Positions 13,575 through 26,684 of a DNA stretch of 64,000 nucleotides are shown here, piece after piece. The stretch comes from the human T2T-CHM13v2.0 reference genome, Homo sapiens: NCBI RefSeq assembly GCF_009914755.1, contig NC_060939.1, one strand, 5' to 3'. How positions within the stretch are numbered: position 1 is the first letter of the stretch; every line of letters begins with the position of its first letter. Position numbers and translations under genes: made by a program. The notes under the pieces were generated by a model, which saw only the letters and a list, made by a program, of their open reading frames with translations, made no database searches and was not told the origin of the DNA.

Positions 13575-14060
13575 ATTAAAGTTGAGCCATGGGGATGGTA
13601 TAATACAATTAGGATTTTTTTTTAAGATTGCTCTGACTTTTGTGAAAAGAATGAACGCGAGCATGCAAGAGTGAATCAGGTGAAGTCTCCTGGGAAGATG
13701 TTGCAGACTTCCAAGTGGGAGGGGAAGAAGACTCGACTTGAGTAGACATCAGGTATCTTTAAAAGGCAGAGGAGATAGAAAGAAATGAGCAATATTTAGG
13801 AGTTAGAATTCACAGAACTTGGCAATTGATAAAGTCTAGAAGTTGAGGGAAGGAAAGATATCAACGGTAACTTTCCATTGATATGACATGATTTTGACAT
13901 GAAAAACTGAGTGGCTGGGGGTACCATTTACTGATCGAGGGAACTCTAAAGAAGGAGCTTTTGGGAGGAAGAGAGGATAAAATTCCATTTGGTACATACT
14001 GAATTTGAGGCACCTGAGAGATCCAAAGGTAAAAGCTGCGTTGGCAGCTGAAAATATAGA
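13575..14060 (-). mobile_element. L2 fragment
   Basis: Degenerate L2 pattern (TTCCATTTGGTACATACTGAATTTGAGGCACCTGAGAGATCC). Confidence 0.6.
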
Positions 14061-14066
14061 TCCCAG

Positions 14067-14297
14067 CAGGGGTGTCTAATCTTTTGGCTTCCCTGGGGGC
14101 CACACAGGAAGAAGGGGAATTGTCTTGGGCCACACATAAAATACACTAACACTAACCATAGCTGATGAGCTAAAAAAAAAAAAAATCACAAAAAAAATCT
14201 CATAATGTTTTAAATAAGTTTACAGATTTGTGTTGGGCCATATTCAAAGCCGTCCTGGGCCACATGTGGCCTGTGGGCCGCAGGTTAGACAAGCCTG
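14067..14297 (+). mobile_element. MER30 hAT-Charlie MITE
   Basis: CAGGGGTGTCTAATCTTTTGGCTTCCCTGG...GGCCGCAGGTTAGACAAGCCTG, about 230 bp. Confidence 0.9.
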
Positions 14298-14741
14298 ATC
14301 TAGAGCTAATAACAATCTTTCAAATTGGAATTACATCAAAGTTCAGAAGTTTTTAGGTAACAGATGTGAATATAAAGATGGGAGGATTGTTTTGGGAGGA
14401 GTACAGAACCCAGAATTGAGCCCTGAGGAATTGCTGGAGAGTTCAGGTCAAAACCAGAAAGAGTTGGCACTACTATCCCACTTTGTAAATGAGGAAGTTT
14501 TTTTGCTATTGAGTTCCTTGTATATTCTGGATGTGAATCCCTGGTTGGATGAATAGTTTGCAATTATTTCTTCCCAACCTACGTGTTGTCTCTTTACTCT
14601 GTTGACTGTTTCCTGTGGTGTGCAGATGCTTTTTAGTTTAATATAATCCCATTTGTCTATTTTTGGTTTTATCAGTTCTTAATTTCTATATAAGGCATGT
14701 GAAAGTTATTTTCAAAAAAATCTTAGGCGAGTATTTCTAAC

Positions 14742-17700
14742 TTTTTTTTTTTTTAATCTTTTTCAACTTTTACCTTAGATTCAGAGGCTACATGTGCAGG
14801 TTTGTTACCTGGGTATATTGCATGATGCTGAGGTTTAGGATACAAATGATCTTGCCACCCAGGTACTGCACATAGTAGCCAACAGTTAGTTATTTATCCC
14901 TTGCGCCTCTTCCTCCCTCCCACCTCCAGTGGTCCCCAGTGTCTATTGTTGCCATTTTTATGTCCATGAGTACCCAATGTTTAGTTCCCACATATAAGTG
15001 AGGACTTACTGTATTTGGCTTTCTGTTCCTGTATTAATTTGCTTAGGATAATGGCCTCCAGTTGCATCCATGTTGCTGCAAAGGACATAATTTCATTTTT
15101 TACGACTGCATAATACTCCGTACCATATTTATTTTCTTTACCCAATCCACTCTTGGTGGGCACCTAAGCTAATTTCATGATGTTGAAACTGTGAATAGTG
15201 GCGTAATAAACATGCGACTGCATGTGTCTTTTTGGTAGAATAATTTGTTTTCTTTTGGATATATACCCAGTAAGGGGATTGCTGGGTCAAATTGTAGTTT
15301 TGTTTTAAGTTCTTTGAGAAATCTCCAAACTGCTTTCCACAGTGACTGAACTAATTTACATTCCTACCAACAGTGTATAAGAGTTCCCTTTTCTCCACAG
15401 CTTTGCTAACATCTGGAGTTTTTTGACTTTTTAATAATAACCATTCTGACTGGTGTGAGATGGTATCTTACTGTGGTTTTCATATGCATTTCTCTGATAA
15501 TTAGTGACGTGGAGCATTTTTTATTTGCTTTTTGGCCACTTACATGCCTTCTTCTGAGAAGTGTTTGTTTATGTCTTTGGCTTATTTTTTAATAGGGTTG
15601 TTTTTTGCTTGTTCACTTGTTTAAGTTCCTTATAGATTCTAGATATGAGACCTTTGTCAGATGCATAGTTTGTGAATACTTTCTCCCATTCTGTAGGTTG
15701 TCTGTTTACTCTGTTGATAGTTTCTTTTGCTGTGCAGAAGCTCTTCAGTTTAATTACGTTCCATTTGTCAATTTTTGGTTTTGTTGCAATTGCTTTTGAG
15801 GACATAGTCATATATCCTTTCCCAAGACCCATGTCTAAAATGTTTCTTAGGTTTTCTTCTAGGATTCTCACAGCTTAAGATCTTACACTTAAATCTTTAA
15901 TCCATCTTGAATTAAATTTTATATATTGTGAAAAGTAGGGATCCAGTTTCATTCTCTGTATATGGCTAGCCAGCTATCCCACACCATTTGTTGAACAGGG
16001 AGTCATCCCTATTGCTTATTTTTTTGTCAACTTTGTTGAAGTTTAGATGGCTATAGGTGTATGGCTTTATTTCTGGGTTCTCTATTCTGTTCCATTAGTC
16101 TGTGTCTTTTTTTGTACTGGTATCATGCTGTTTTGGTTACTGTAGCCTTAGACTATAGTTTGAACCTCTGGCTTTATTCTTTTTGCTTAGGATTGCTTTA
16201 GCTATTCAGGCTCTTTTTTGGTTCCCTGTGAATTTTAGAATAGTTTTTTCCAGTTCTGTGAAAAGTGACATTGATAGTTTGATAGGAATAGCATTAAATC
16301 TGCAGATAGCTTTGGGCAGTATGATCATTTTCATGATATTGATTCTTCCAGTCCATGAACATGAAATGTTTTTCCATTTGTTTATGTCACCTGTGAGTTC
16401 TTTCAGCAGTGTTTTATAGTTCTTGGAGAGATGTTTCTACCTAGGAATACAACTGTATACCCTGGAATACAGATGTATTCCTAGGTATCTTATTTTTTGT
16501 TGTTATTGTAAATGGGACTTTGTTTTTGGTTTGGCTCTCAGCCTGAATATTATTGGTATATAGAATATTATTGGTATATATTGGCTACTAATTTTTACAC
16601 ATTGATTTTGTATTCTTAAACTTTGCTAAAGTTGTTTATTATTAGTTCCAGGAGCCTTCTGGTGAAGTCTTTAGGGTTTTCAAGGTATAGAATCATATTG
16701 TCCATGAAAAGAGGTAGTATGACTTCCTCTTTTCCTGTTTGGATGCCTTTTATTTCTTTCTGTTTCCTGATTGCTCTGGCCAGCACTTCCAGTACTATGC
16801 TGAATAGGAGTGGTGAGAGTGAGCATCCTTGTCTTGTTCCAGTTCTCAAGGGAAATGCTTCCAGTTTTTGACTGTTCAGTATGATGCTGGCTGTGGGTTT
16901 GTCATGGATGGCTCTTATTATTTGGAGCTATGTTCCTTCAGTGCCTAGTTTCTCGAGAGTTTTATTAATCATGAGAGATGTTGTATTTTACCGAAAGCTT
17001 TTTCCACATCTATTGAGATGATCATATGGTTTTGGTTTTTAATTCTGCTTATGTGGTGAATCACAGTTATTGATTTGCCTATGTTGAACCAACCTTGCAT
17101 CCCAGGAATGAAGCCTACTTGATCATGGTGAATTAACTTGTCGATGTGATACTGGATATGGTTTGTTAGTATTTTCTTGAGGATTTTTGTGTCTATGTTC
17201 ATCAGGGGTATTGGGCTATTGTTTTCTTTTTTGTTGTTGTGTATTTGCTCAGTCTTGGTATCAGGGTGATGCTGGCTTTGTAGAATGAGTTAGAGAGAAT
17301 TCCTTCCCCTCAATTTTTTTGAAATGGTTTCAGTAGAATTGCTACCAGCTCTTTTTTGTAGCTCTGGTGGAATTTGGCTATGACTCTCTCTGATCCAGGC
17401 TTATTTTAGCTTGTAGGTTTTTTATTACTCATTCAGTTTTGGAACTTGATATTGATCTGTTCAGGGTTTCAATTTATTTCTGATTCAATCTTGGAACATT
17501 GTGTATTTCCATGAATTTATCCATTTCTTCTAGATTTGTGGCATACAGGTGTTCATATTAGTCTCTGAGAATCTTTTGTATTTCTGTGGGATTAGTTATA
17601 ATGTCACTTTTGTTCTGTCTGATTGTGCTTATTTGGATATCTCTTCTTTGTTAATCTAGCTAGCGTTCTATTAATCCTGTTTATCCTTTCAAAAAACTAA

Positions 17701-19500
17701 CTTTTGGTTTCATTGACACTTTGTTTGGATTTTGGAGTCTCAATATTCTGATTTTAGTTATTTCTTTTCTTCTACTAGCTTTGGGGTTGGTTTGTTCTTG
17801 TTTTTCTAGTTGCTCTAGGTGCGATGTTAGATTGTTAATTTGAGATCTAACTTTTTGAGGTAGGCAGTTGGCACTATAAACTTTCCTCTTAACATTACTT
17901 TTGCTGCATTCCAGTTATTTTGGTGTCTTGAGTCCTGTTTTCATTTATTTCAGATAATTTTTTATTTCTGCCTTGATTTCATTGTTTACACCAAAAGTCA
18001 TTCAGGAGCAAGTTGTTTAATTTCCATGTAGTCTTGTGATTTTGGGAGATCTTCTTGATGTTTATTTCTATTTTTATTCCACTCTGGTCCAAGAGTATGA
18101 CTGGTAAGATTTTGGCTTTTTAAATGTATTGAGACTTGCTTTATGGCTGAGTATGTGGTCAATCATGGAGTATAGTCCTTGGACAGATTAAAAGAATGTA
18201 TATTATGTGTTGAATAAGTGGAGTATTCTGTAGATGTCTATTAGGTCCAATTGGTCTGATGTCAAGCTTAGGTCCAGAGTTTTTTTGTCAGTTTTCTGCC
18301 TCAGTGGTCTGTCTAATGCTGTCAATAGGGTGTTGAAGTCCCCCATTATTATTGTGTATCTGTCTAAGTCTTTTCATAGGTCTAGAAGTGCTTGCTTCAT
18401 GAATCTAGGCGCTCCAATGTTGTGTGCATATATATATTTAGGATAGTTAAGTCTTCTAATTAAATGAACCTTTATTATTATGTAATGCCTTTCTTTGTCC
18501 TTTTTTACTGTTGTTGGCTTAAAGTTGATTGTATCTGATATAGGAATAGTGACCCTTGGTTTTTTTGTTTTCCATTCCTGTGGTAGAACTTTCTTCAACC
18601 CTTTACTTCTGGCTTATGGGTGTCATTACGTGTGACAGGGGTCTCTTGAAAATAGCAGATGGATGGGTCTTGCTTTTTTATCCAACTTGCTACTCTGTGC
18701 CTTTTAAGTGAAGAATTTAGACCATTTACATTCAAGGTTAACATTAATATGTGAGGTTTTGGTCCTATTATGATGTTGTTAGCTGTTTGTTTTGTAGTTT
18801 CTATTGTTTTTGCTTTTATAGGGTCTGCAGGATATGTACTTAAGTGTATTTTTGTGGTAGCAGGTATTGTTCTTTTGTTTCTGTGTTTAGAACTTCCTTA
18901 AGGATCTCTTCTAATACTGGTCTAGTGGTAATGAATTCCCTCAATGCTGGTTTGTCTGGTAAAGATTTTATTTCTTCGTTTATTAAGCTTACTTTGGTGG
19001 GATATGAAATCTCTGGTGGAAATTTCTTTTCTTTAAGAATGCTAAAAATAGTACCCCAGTCTCTCCTAGTTTATAAGGTTTCTGCTGAGAAGTCCAATGT
19101 TAGCCTAATGGAATTCCCTTAGGACATCTGACCTTTTTCTCTAGCTGCTTTCAAGGTTTCTGTCTTTAGCATTGACCTTGGAGATTCCTGTGACTATATG
19201 CCTTGGTGATATTCATTTTGTGTAGTATCTCATGGATGCTTTCTGGATTTCTTATATCTGTATGTCTACTTCACTAGCAAGATTAGGGAAGTTTTCTTGA
19301 ATTAGTACCTCAAATACATTTTCCAAATTGTTTGATTTTTCTCCTTCTCTCTCAGGAATGCCAATAATTTACAGGTTTGGTTGCTTTACATAATCCCATA
19401 TTTCTCAAAGACTTTTTTAAATTCTTTTTTTCTTTTTTTTTTTTTTTAGATTGGGTTAATTCAAAAGACTGGTCTTCAAGCTCTGAAGTTCTTTCTTTAT
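14742..19500 (-). mobile_element. L1PA15/16-type LINE, about 4.8 kb (part of ORF1, ORF2, 3' UTR), nested in the L1MA
   Basis: T-run then 3' UTR TACATGTGCAGGTTTGTTACCTGGGTATATTGCATGATGCTGAGG; ORF2 fragments 15569-15871, 16616-16849, 16969-17202, 18374-18598. Confidence 0.88.
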
Positions 19501-19581
19501 TGATTTTGTTATTGTTGCTGGTGGTGGTGGTGGTTTGCAGAAACCTTTGGGTTTAATATAATCCCCTTTGTCTATTTTTAC

Positions 19582-19786
19582 TTTTTTTTCAAGACAAGGT
19601 CTCACTCTGTCACCCAGGCCAGAGCACAGTGGTATGATCATAGCACACTGCAGCCTCAACTTCCTGGGTTCAAGTGATCCTCCCACCTCAGCCTCCCAAG
19701 TAGCTGAGAATGTTGGCACATACCTCTAGGCCCAGCTAATTTTTTTATTTTCTGTAGAGACAGAGTCTCACTATGCTGCCCAGGCT
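19582..19786 (-). mobile_element. 5'-truncated AluJ
   Basis: Right arm with AluJ diagnostics (GATCATAGC..CTGCAGCCTCAACTTCCTGG..GATCCTCCCACC). Confidence 0.85.
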
Positions 19787-21138
19787 TATTTTTGCTTTTG
19801 TTTCCTATACTTTCTAAGTCTTACTCATAAAATCTTTGCCCAAAACAATGTCAATAAGGTTTCCTCCTATGTTTTATCCAAGTAGTTTTACAGTTTCAGA
19901 TCTTACATTTAAGTCTTCAATTCATTTTTTATTTGATTATTGTATACGATGAGAAATAAGGGTCTAGTTTGATTCATCTGCATATGTATAAGTAGTTTTC
20001 CCAGCACCACTTATTGAAGAGGCTATGCTTTCCTCAATATATGTTCTTGACACCTTTTTCAAAAATTGGTTGACTGTAAATATGTGGATTTATTTCTGAA
20101 TTATCTATTCTGTTCCATTGGTCTATAGTCTGCTTTCATACCAGTACCATTCTGTTTTGGTTATTATAGCTTTGTAGTATAGTTTGAGGTCAAGTAATGT
20201 GATGTCTCCAATTTTGTTCTTTTTGCTCAAGATTGCTTTAGATATTTAGGGTCTTTTGTGGTTTCATTCAAATTTTATGATTACTTTTTCTATTATTTGA
20301 AGAATGCCACTGGTATTTTGATAATGACCACATTAAATCTGTAGATCGGATTTGGGAAGTGTGGTCATTTTCACAATATTCTTCCAATTATAAATATTGG
20401 ACATCTTTCCATTTTTCTATGTCCTTTCCATTCTTTCATCAGTGTTTTATAATTTCCATTGTAGAGATCTTTCCTTTGTTAAATGTATTTCTAGATATTT
20501 TATTTATTTATTTGTAACTATTTCAAATGGGATTGCTTTTTAGCTAGTTTATTACAGGTGTATAGAGATGCTGGTTTTTTTTGTATAATGATTTTTTTAT
20601 CTGCAACTTTACTGAATTTACTTATCAGTTCTAAGAGTCTTTTGGTGGAGTACTTAGGTTTTTCTATATAGGAGATCCTGTCATCTAAGGATCTGAATAC
20701 ACATTTATCAAAAGAAGACATAGAAATAATTAAAAAGTATATGCAAAATGCTTAGTATCACGAATTATCAGAGAAATACAAATCAAAACCACAATGAGAT
20801 ATCATCTCACCCCAGTTAGAATGGCTACTATGAAAAAGACAAAAAATAACAAATGTCAGTGAGATTGCAGAGAAAAGGGAAGTCTTGTACACTATTGGTG
20901 AGAATGTAAATTAGTACAACCATTATGGAAAACAGTACAAAAGTGCCTCAAAAAACTAAAAAATAGAAATACTGTATGATTCAGCAATCCTACTACTGGA
21001 TTTTTACCCAAAGGAAAGAAAATCTGTATATCAAAGAGATATCTGCACCTTCTTGTTTATTTGCAGCACTATTCACAGTGGCCAATATATGGAATCAACT
21101 GTGTTCATCAACAGATAAATAGGTAAGTAAAACGTGAG

Positions 21139-21140
<2 letters not shown>

Positions 21141-21175
<35 letters not shown>
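21141..21175. repeat. (AC)17 microsatellite inside the L1MA
   Basis: Seen directly. Confidence 0.97.
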
Positions 21176-21177
<2 letters not shown>

Positions 21178-21849
21178 GGGATATTATTCAGCCATAAAGA
21201 AGGATGAAATCTCGTCATTCACAGGAACATGGATGAGCTGGGAGGACATTATGTTAGGGAAAAAATGTCAGGCACAGAAGGATAAATATTATGTGTTCTC
21301 ACTCATACGTGGGAGCTAAAAACATTGAGCTCATAGAAGTAGAAAGTAGAACTGTGGTTCTCTGAGGGTAGGAAGAGTAGGAGGAAGGGGAAAATAGGGA
21401 AAGTTTGGTTAATGGACACAAAATTACAGATAGTTAGAAGGGTAAGTTCTGGTGTTCTACAGCACTGTAGGGTGACTGTAGTTAATAAAAATCTATGGTG
21501 TATTTTCAGATAGCTAGAAGAAAGAATTTTGAATGTTCCTAACACAAAAAAATGATAATCTTTGAGGTGATGGATATGCTAATTACTCTGATTTGATCAG
21601 TATACATTGTATATATGTACAAAATACTCCTGTGTCCCCAATAAATATGTACAATTATTACATGTCAATTTTATGTGTTTAATTAACTAATTAATTAATT
21701 AGCTTTAAAAATGAGGAAATGGAAGCTTTGAGAGGGTAAGCAACTTGCCCCAGATCACGCAAGTTGGGAAGGGGCAGGACCTGAAGTCTACCTTCAACCA
21801 CTATCCTCCTTTTGCCAAAATAAAAAAAAAGACCGGAGAGGCCCCAGGG

Positions 21850-22050
21850 AACTGTAGCCTGAGCCTGGCCCTGAATGCCCATCCTGGCTCCTGGCCTACA
21901 GCTGCCTTCTCAGGCAAGTTCCCCTCTCTGACTGTGACCCAGTTTCTTAATCTGCAAAATGGAGAAAATGTGACGTCCCCTTCCTCGTGCACAAGGTTGG
22001 GATGAGGACCAGATGAATCACAGACATAGACATCTGTCAATTGTAAAATA
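21850..22050 (+). mobile_element. MIR SINE
   Basis: GGCAAGTTCCCCTCTCTG..CCAGTTTCTTAATCTGCAAAATGG. Confidence 0.65.
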
Positions 22051-23479
22051 TTGTTTGATGGGCCTATAGTCTATGCACTTGTGTCTGAATGAGGAGAAGA
22101 TACTCCCTGTGGTTGGCCCACGATGATATCAAAGGCAAAGGTCACAATCTTCCAATCAATCTAGCCCAACAACCCAGTTAATCAATTCTACCTCAGACGT
22201 ACTTCCTTGTGTTTACCTTTCTCTGGGAACATCAGCCCAGCCTAGTTCCCAACCCCTGCCAGACCTGTTCTCCCCCAGCTGAGGCCACCAGATCTGTGCC
22301 TGCAGGCCAGCCCCCTCCCTGCTGGGCTGGCCCTAACCGAATGCCCAGTGTGGGAAATTGAATCCTTATCCTGTTCCACCACTTTAGAACTAGAAACTGC
22401 CTTGTTCTTGGCAGAACTCCGCCTCATTGCCGGGACTGGGGTCTGGCCAGAGGCAGAAGCCTGAAATCTGATGCTGCTCCCCAGCTTTGGACTTCTGAGA
22501 ATCATCCAGCCCCGAGAATTTCTGGCCGCCGAACCCTGTCCACTGTCCTGTCTGCAGCCTGAGGCTGACTACCTGCTTAGACAGTCCGCTTTTCTTAAAA
22601 GCACAAACCTACCTGCTCCTGTGTGCTGCTCCCCAGGCTACTCATCATCCAGCAGCCTTAGCTGGGCTCCCCCACCCACTGTGTAACACCTGGACATCCA
22701 CCAGTGCCTGCCCCCTCCAAAGCCTTTTTTTTTTTCTACATCCTTCTTTCATATGTACACATTTCCCAAGATTTCACACTGATGTAAATTCTCTTTTCCG
22801 GATATTCTGTCCTTTGGCAATCTCACCCACTTCTGGGGTTTCAAGTAGCAGCCTAGGAGGAAGAGGCCCATGAATATAAGGGTCATTTTCAAGTTAAAAT
22901 CACCAGAGCCCAAGACTAATGGGCAGGAGAGGGAGGAGACAAGGTGGGAGTTGAGAAAAAAGCTGAGCCCCGAGGAAGCTGGCCCCTCCCCACAGCTGCT
23001 AAGAGAAAGACCCAGGCTCAGTCATCTCTGAATCCTCCCAGCCTTGGCTGCACTGCCACGTATAGATGGGTACAGAGTCTTTGCTGGATGAATGAGTGAA
23101 TAAATGAATGGCTGCATAAACAAGTTGCTACTTACCTCTCTGGATCCTAGTGCATTTACTGAAGCCGTCCTCCCTCCTGAAATGGGGCATACACGAGGCC
23201 AGGAGAAGGGGTTAAAGCCAACCAAGTCCAGGGAGAAACCCCTAGATTTCCTGCAGGATTTGCACAGGAACGTGTTGCAAGGCGTCTCCTCCGAGAATTC
23301 ACTGAGTCCCTTCAGGAGACCCACAGAGCATAGAATGGGCCCCCAGACTTTGGAGCAGCACCCGGCTCCTACTGTCTCCCTAGGAGACCTTGGGTCCCAC
23401 CAGCTTTTATTTTCTATTCAGCAACACTATTGCCTATGTTTATGGATAGGACTGTGTTGAGCAAGAGTTGACCTTTATT

Positions 23480-23600
23480 ATCTTAATTCAATCTTCCCAA
23501 AGACCTTCTGAGATAGGTACTTTTATTTTCTTCATTTTACAGATAAGGAAATTGAGGTTTAACTATGATCCCATAGCTAATAAAAGTGACAGAACCGGGT
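23480..23600 (-). mobile_element. MIR SINE
   Basis: CATTTTACAGATAAGGAAATTGAGG core. Confidence 0.7.
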
Positions 23601-24179
23601 TTTTTTCTTTTTACTGAAATGGTATTATTTCATCAGAATTTGCCCACATGCTCAACACTGCTGGAATGTGTTATTTTGAAATCTGACAATGAACTACAGA
23701 ATGGTAAAAGCGGAAGAGCCTTTGAGACAAATTAGTCTAGCCCAGAGTAGGGAAGAAAAAGAGAGGGAGGCTCAGCCTGCAGGCTGCAAACCCTCCCCTC
23801 CCTGTTTGTCCTGCTCCTAAAATAAAACAGAACAAAAGACAGGAAAGTCACTAGATTAGAGAATTCAGCATCTCCCTCCTAATTCCCTGTGATGTGATAA
23901 TTCTAAGACCCACTTCCTGGAGCAAGAAGAAGCTAAGATCCCTCAGCCTGGCTGATGTGGTTTTGAAAGTGGAAGAGGGCAGGAAGTGTTGTGGTCACTC
24001 CCACCCAGCTGTGGGCCTCTTCCCAGAGCCCTCCTCACCAGATGCTGCAAACTCAGACTGCAAATCCAGAAGCCTGCAGCCTTCCAGGGATTGGCTCCCT
24101 GCGAAGATAACCCTGTCCTTCAACAAACCCTCGCTTCCTATTTGCATTCCTAATTGGCATCTTCTATTGCTTTTCCTGG

Positions 24180-24380
24180 TGACTTCATTTTTCACTCTTG
24201 GCTAAAAATGGGTCTCTGATGATTTATTCTATCCTGGGTGTTGACAAGCTGAAGAAGTTGTGTGGGGCCTGCTGCCAGTAACCCTGGGTGACGAAGCGTG
24301 ACTCACCACTCCGAGGTCAGTGGGGGGATGGAAGGCAGGGGAGTCAGCTGACAAGATCTGCTGCTTTGTCACCAGGCCTT
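24180..24380. promoter_or_regulatory. Candidate enhancer (motif cluster in non-repeat DNA)
   Basis: AP-1 TGACTCA 24299-24305, CRE half-site TGACG just upstream, AGGTCA half-site, palindromic GTCAGCTGAC 24343-24352, GGTGTTGACA; motif evidence only. Confidence 0.35.
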
Positions 24381-26684
24381 CTGCCCTCTTCCATGAGGCA
24401 GCTACACTCTAGGAAATGTGAGACGCCCCAGAGCCCTGTGAAGGAGACAGGACAGGCAGCCCACAGGTCTGTCACATCTCAAGGCTGATTCTCTGTTTTG
24501 TTTCCCACCCCCAGTGCCAAATGCTAAGCTGCGTTTCAGAGACAGCTCTAAAAGGGAACAAGTACCCAGCCTTCCCTGAATCCCCCAGTCATATTTTCAC
24601 ATACACACAAAGGAGCCTTAGAGATCATTTAAATCAATCTTCTCATTTTCTGGAAAAGAATTTGAGGCCCAGAGAGGTCAAGCAACATGACCAAGGTCAT
24701 AAAGTGAATTAGAGGTGGAACTGGGAATAGAACCTGGGTCTTCTGTCTCCCAGGCCCTCTGCACTGTCTACTCACCACACTATCAGGAGAATCAGACTTG
24801 TGCTGCTGAGTGAATGGGGCCAACTCTCTCCTCCATGAATGGAGGCAACAAGGGCAACCTTTAAGGAGAGATGACTGCTGGAATTTCAGCTCTGCCCTTT
24901 GTTCTTCTCTCAGAGGGGTTCTGTGTTTGGCAGACTGTCCCCCCTCTACCTGCAGGGATCCCTGCAGTCCTGGGGGATTGGGGTTAAGCTTTCTCTCTCC
25001 CAGAAAACATAGATCACTCTGAAGGCAGTTACAAACTGAGGATGATCCACAGATTATTTCTTGGCTAAGACAAGAGGAAGTTGTCTTAAATAAACCAGTA
25101 TGAGAGTTTATTGCATTCCATCTGGGTGCTTGATGATCCCATGTCCCTTTTTCTCTCTGTTGACTTTCTAAGTAAACAATTTGTTAGCTCAGAGATGACT
25201 CAAATTCATAGAATCAGTAAATGAGAAAGGACTACAAAGTTCCCCTAGTCTGAACCCCCTACACTCAGCCAGTAACCACCTCTACAACATTTCTAGATTG
25301 ACACTACCCTCAGCTTGAATGCTGAGAAGGATGAACAACTCTTCCTCCCTCAGTGATAGCCCCTTTTTTGCAGGATAGACCTAAGCAGTAGGCGTCAGCC
25401 ATTCTGTGATGCCAGTTTTGCCCTTTAGGTCAAAATAAAGCAAGTATTTTCTCTTCTTTGCACCACAACTTGTGTCTTTGCTCATGACTTACAGGACAAG
25501 CTAAAACAGACAAAACCATTCTTGACCCTCAAAGGCTGAGTGTCCCACTGGTGGGCTAGACAGGGCTCTTACTCAGTTTTGTGTTACCACATGATTACCA
25601 TGAGTCTTTACAAAACCCTTGCCCACCTCCCCTAGAGAAATTGAGTAAGGAAGAATGATGAGTGCCAAACCTGTCCATTTGCTTCTTGCCAGCAATTCCG
25701 GTGAAAGGTCTGACTGAGGAAGAGGCTGAACCCATCTGAGGTATTCTATAATTAGCGTCTTTCTTCCTCTCCCACTTACCATTAAGGTAGACCAGGATAT
25801 TCATGAAAAATTCCTCATTTGCCATTTCATTCCTTTTGGAAACCACATGTGAATTTCATTCAGTTAAAAAAAGTCAATTCCTTACCCGACACCAGGTAGC
25901 ATTCTAAAGGATATAACAGTGAATGAAACAGAGGAAGCCCTACCCTCATGAAGCTTATGTTTTAATAAGGAAGACTACCATCAACTAATAGTTAAACATT
26001 ATAATATCGAGAACTTATATGTACTATGAAGGAAAACAAAGCAAGGAGAGGGCAAAAGGTGATGGAGCTGCTATTGGCGAAGGCAGGCCTAGGAGGAGAC
26101 ATCGATTGAGCAGAGACTGGAGTGGAGTGAAGGATTCCTCCTTGGAAATGTCTGCAGGAAGTGCTGTAAGAGGAAATAACTGCAAGAAAGCCCTGAATGT
26201 TGTGCGAACGGGATCAACTAGAATGAGTTTCAGACGACTTTTCATAGGTAGATATGATTTTCAAGCCAAATTTTTCTGATAGCTGAGAAAATTCAACATG
26301 GCATTACCTGCCTTTGAAATTCTTTAGCATTCCAGAAATCAGGCGGGACCATCAGGATATGAACAAAGTGGTCAAACAATCTTACCTTTGTGAAACACTG
26401 TCTCACATGTTATCCTTTTTAATGATCACAACAACCTCACAAGGTGGATATCATTATCCATAACAAACTGAGGCTGAAGTAAGTGAAGTGTCTAGAGAGT
26501 GGCAGAGCCAAGACTAATAGAATCTGGTGTTGTGACTCTGGTCAGTACATTGGTTTACATAAGTACCCAGTTTCTTCACCAAATCACATAGTGTGGAGAA
26601 AAACACAAGGACATATGGGCTTGTAAATTTAACCTCAAATCTGAAACAATATCCAATATTGGAGATCAATATTTCTCTGATGGT

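Larger units (their letters stand above)
14497..21708. mobile_element. 5'-inverted L1MA (L1MA4/5 type): antisense parts 14497-14680 and 19535-20682, sense part 20683-21670, with nested insertions
   Basis: Orientation flips at ...CCTGTCATCT|AAGGATCTGAATAC; TSD AAATGAGGAA at 14487-14496 and 21709-21718; the host MIR is split at this TSD. Confidence 0.75.

Noticed and set aside
24213-24255. C/D box snoRNA-like TGATGA...CTGA with short terminal stem
   Set aside because: Only about 26 nt separate the boxes, too short for a C/D snoRNA, and no host gene is evident.
23120-26390. Several minus-strand GTAAG donor-like sites (about 23130, 25777, 25882, 26382) suggesting lncRNA exons
   Set aside because: Frequency is compatible with chance and I cannot pair them with convincing acceptors without transcript data.
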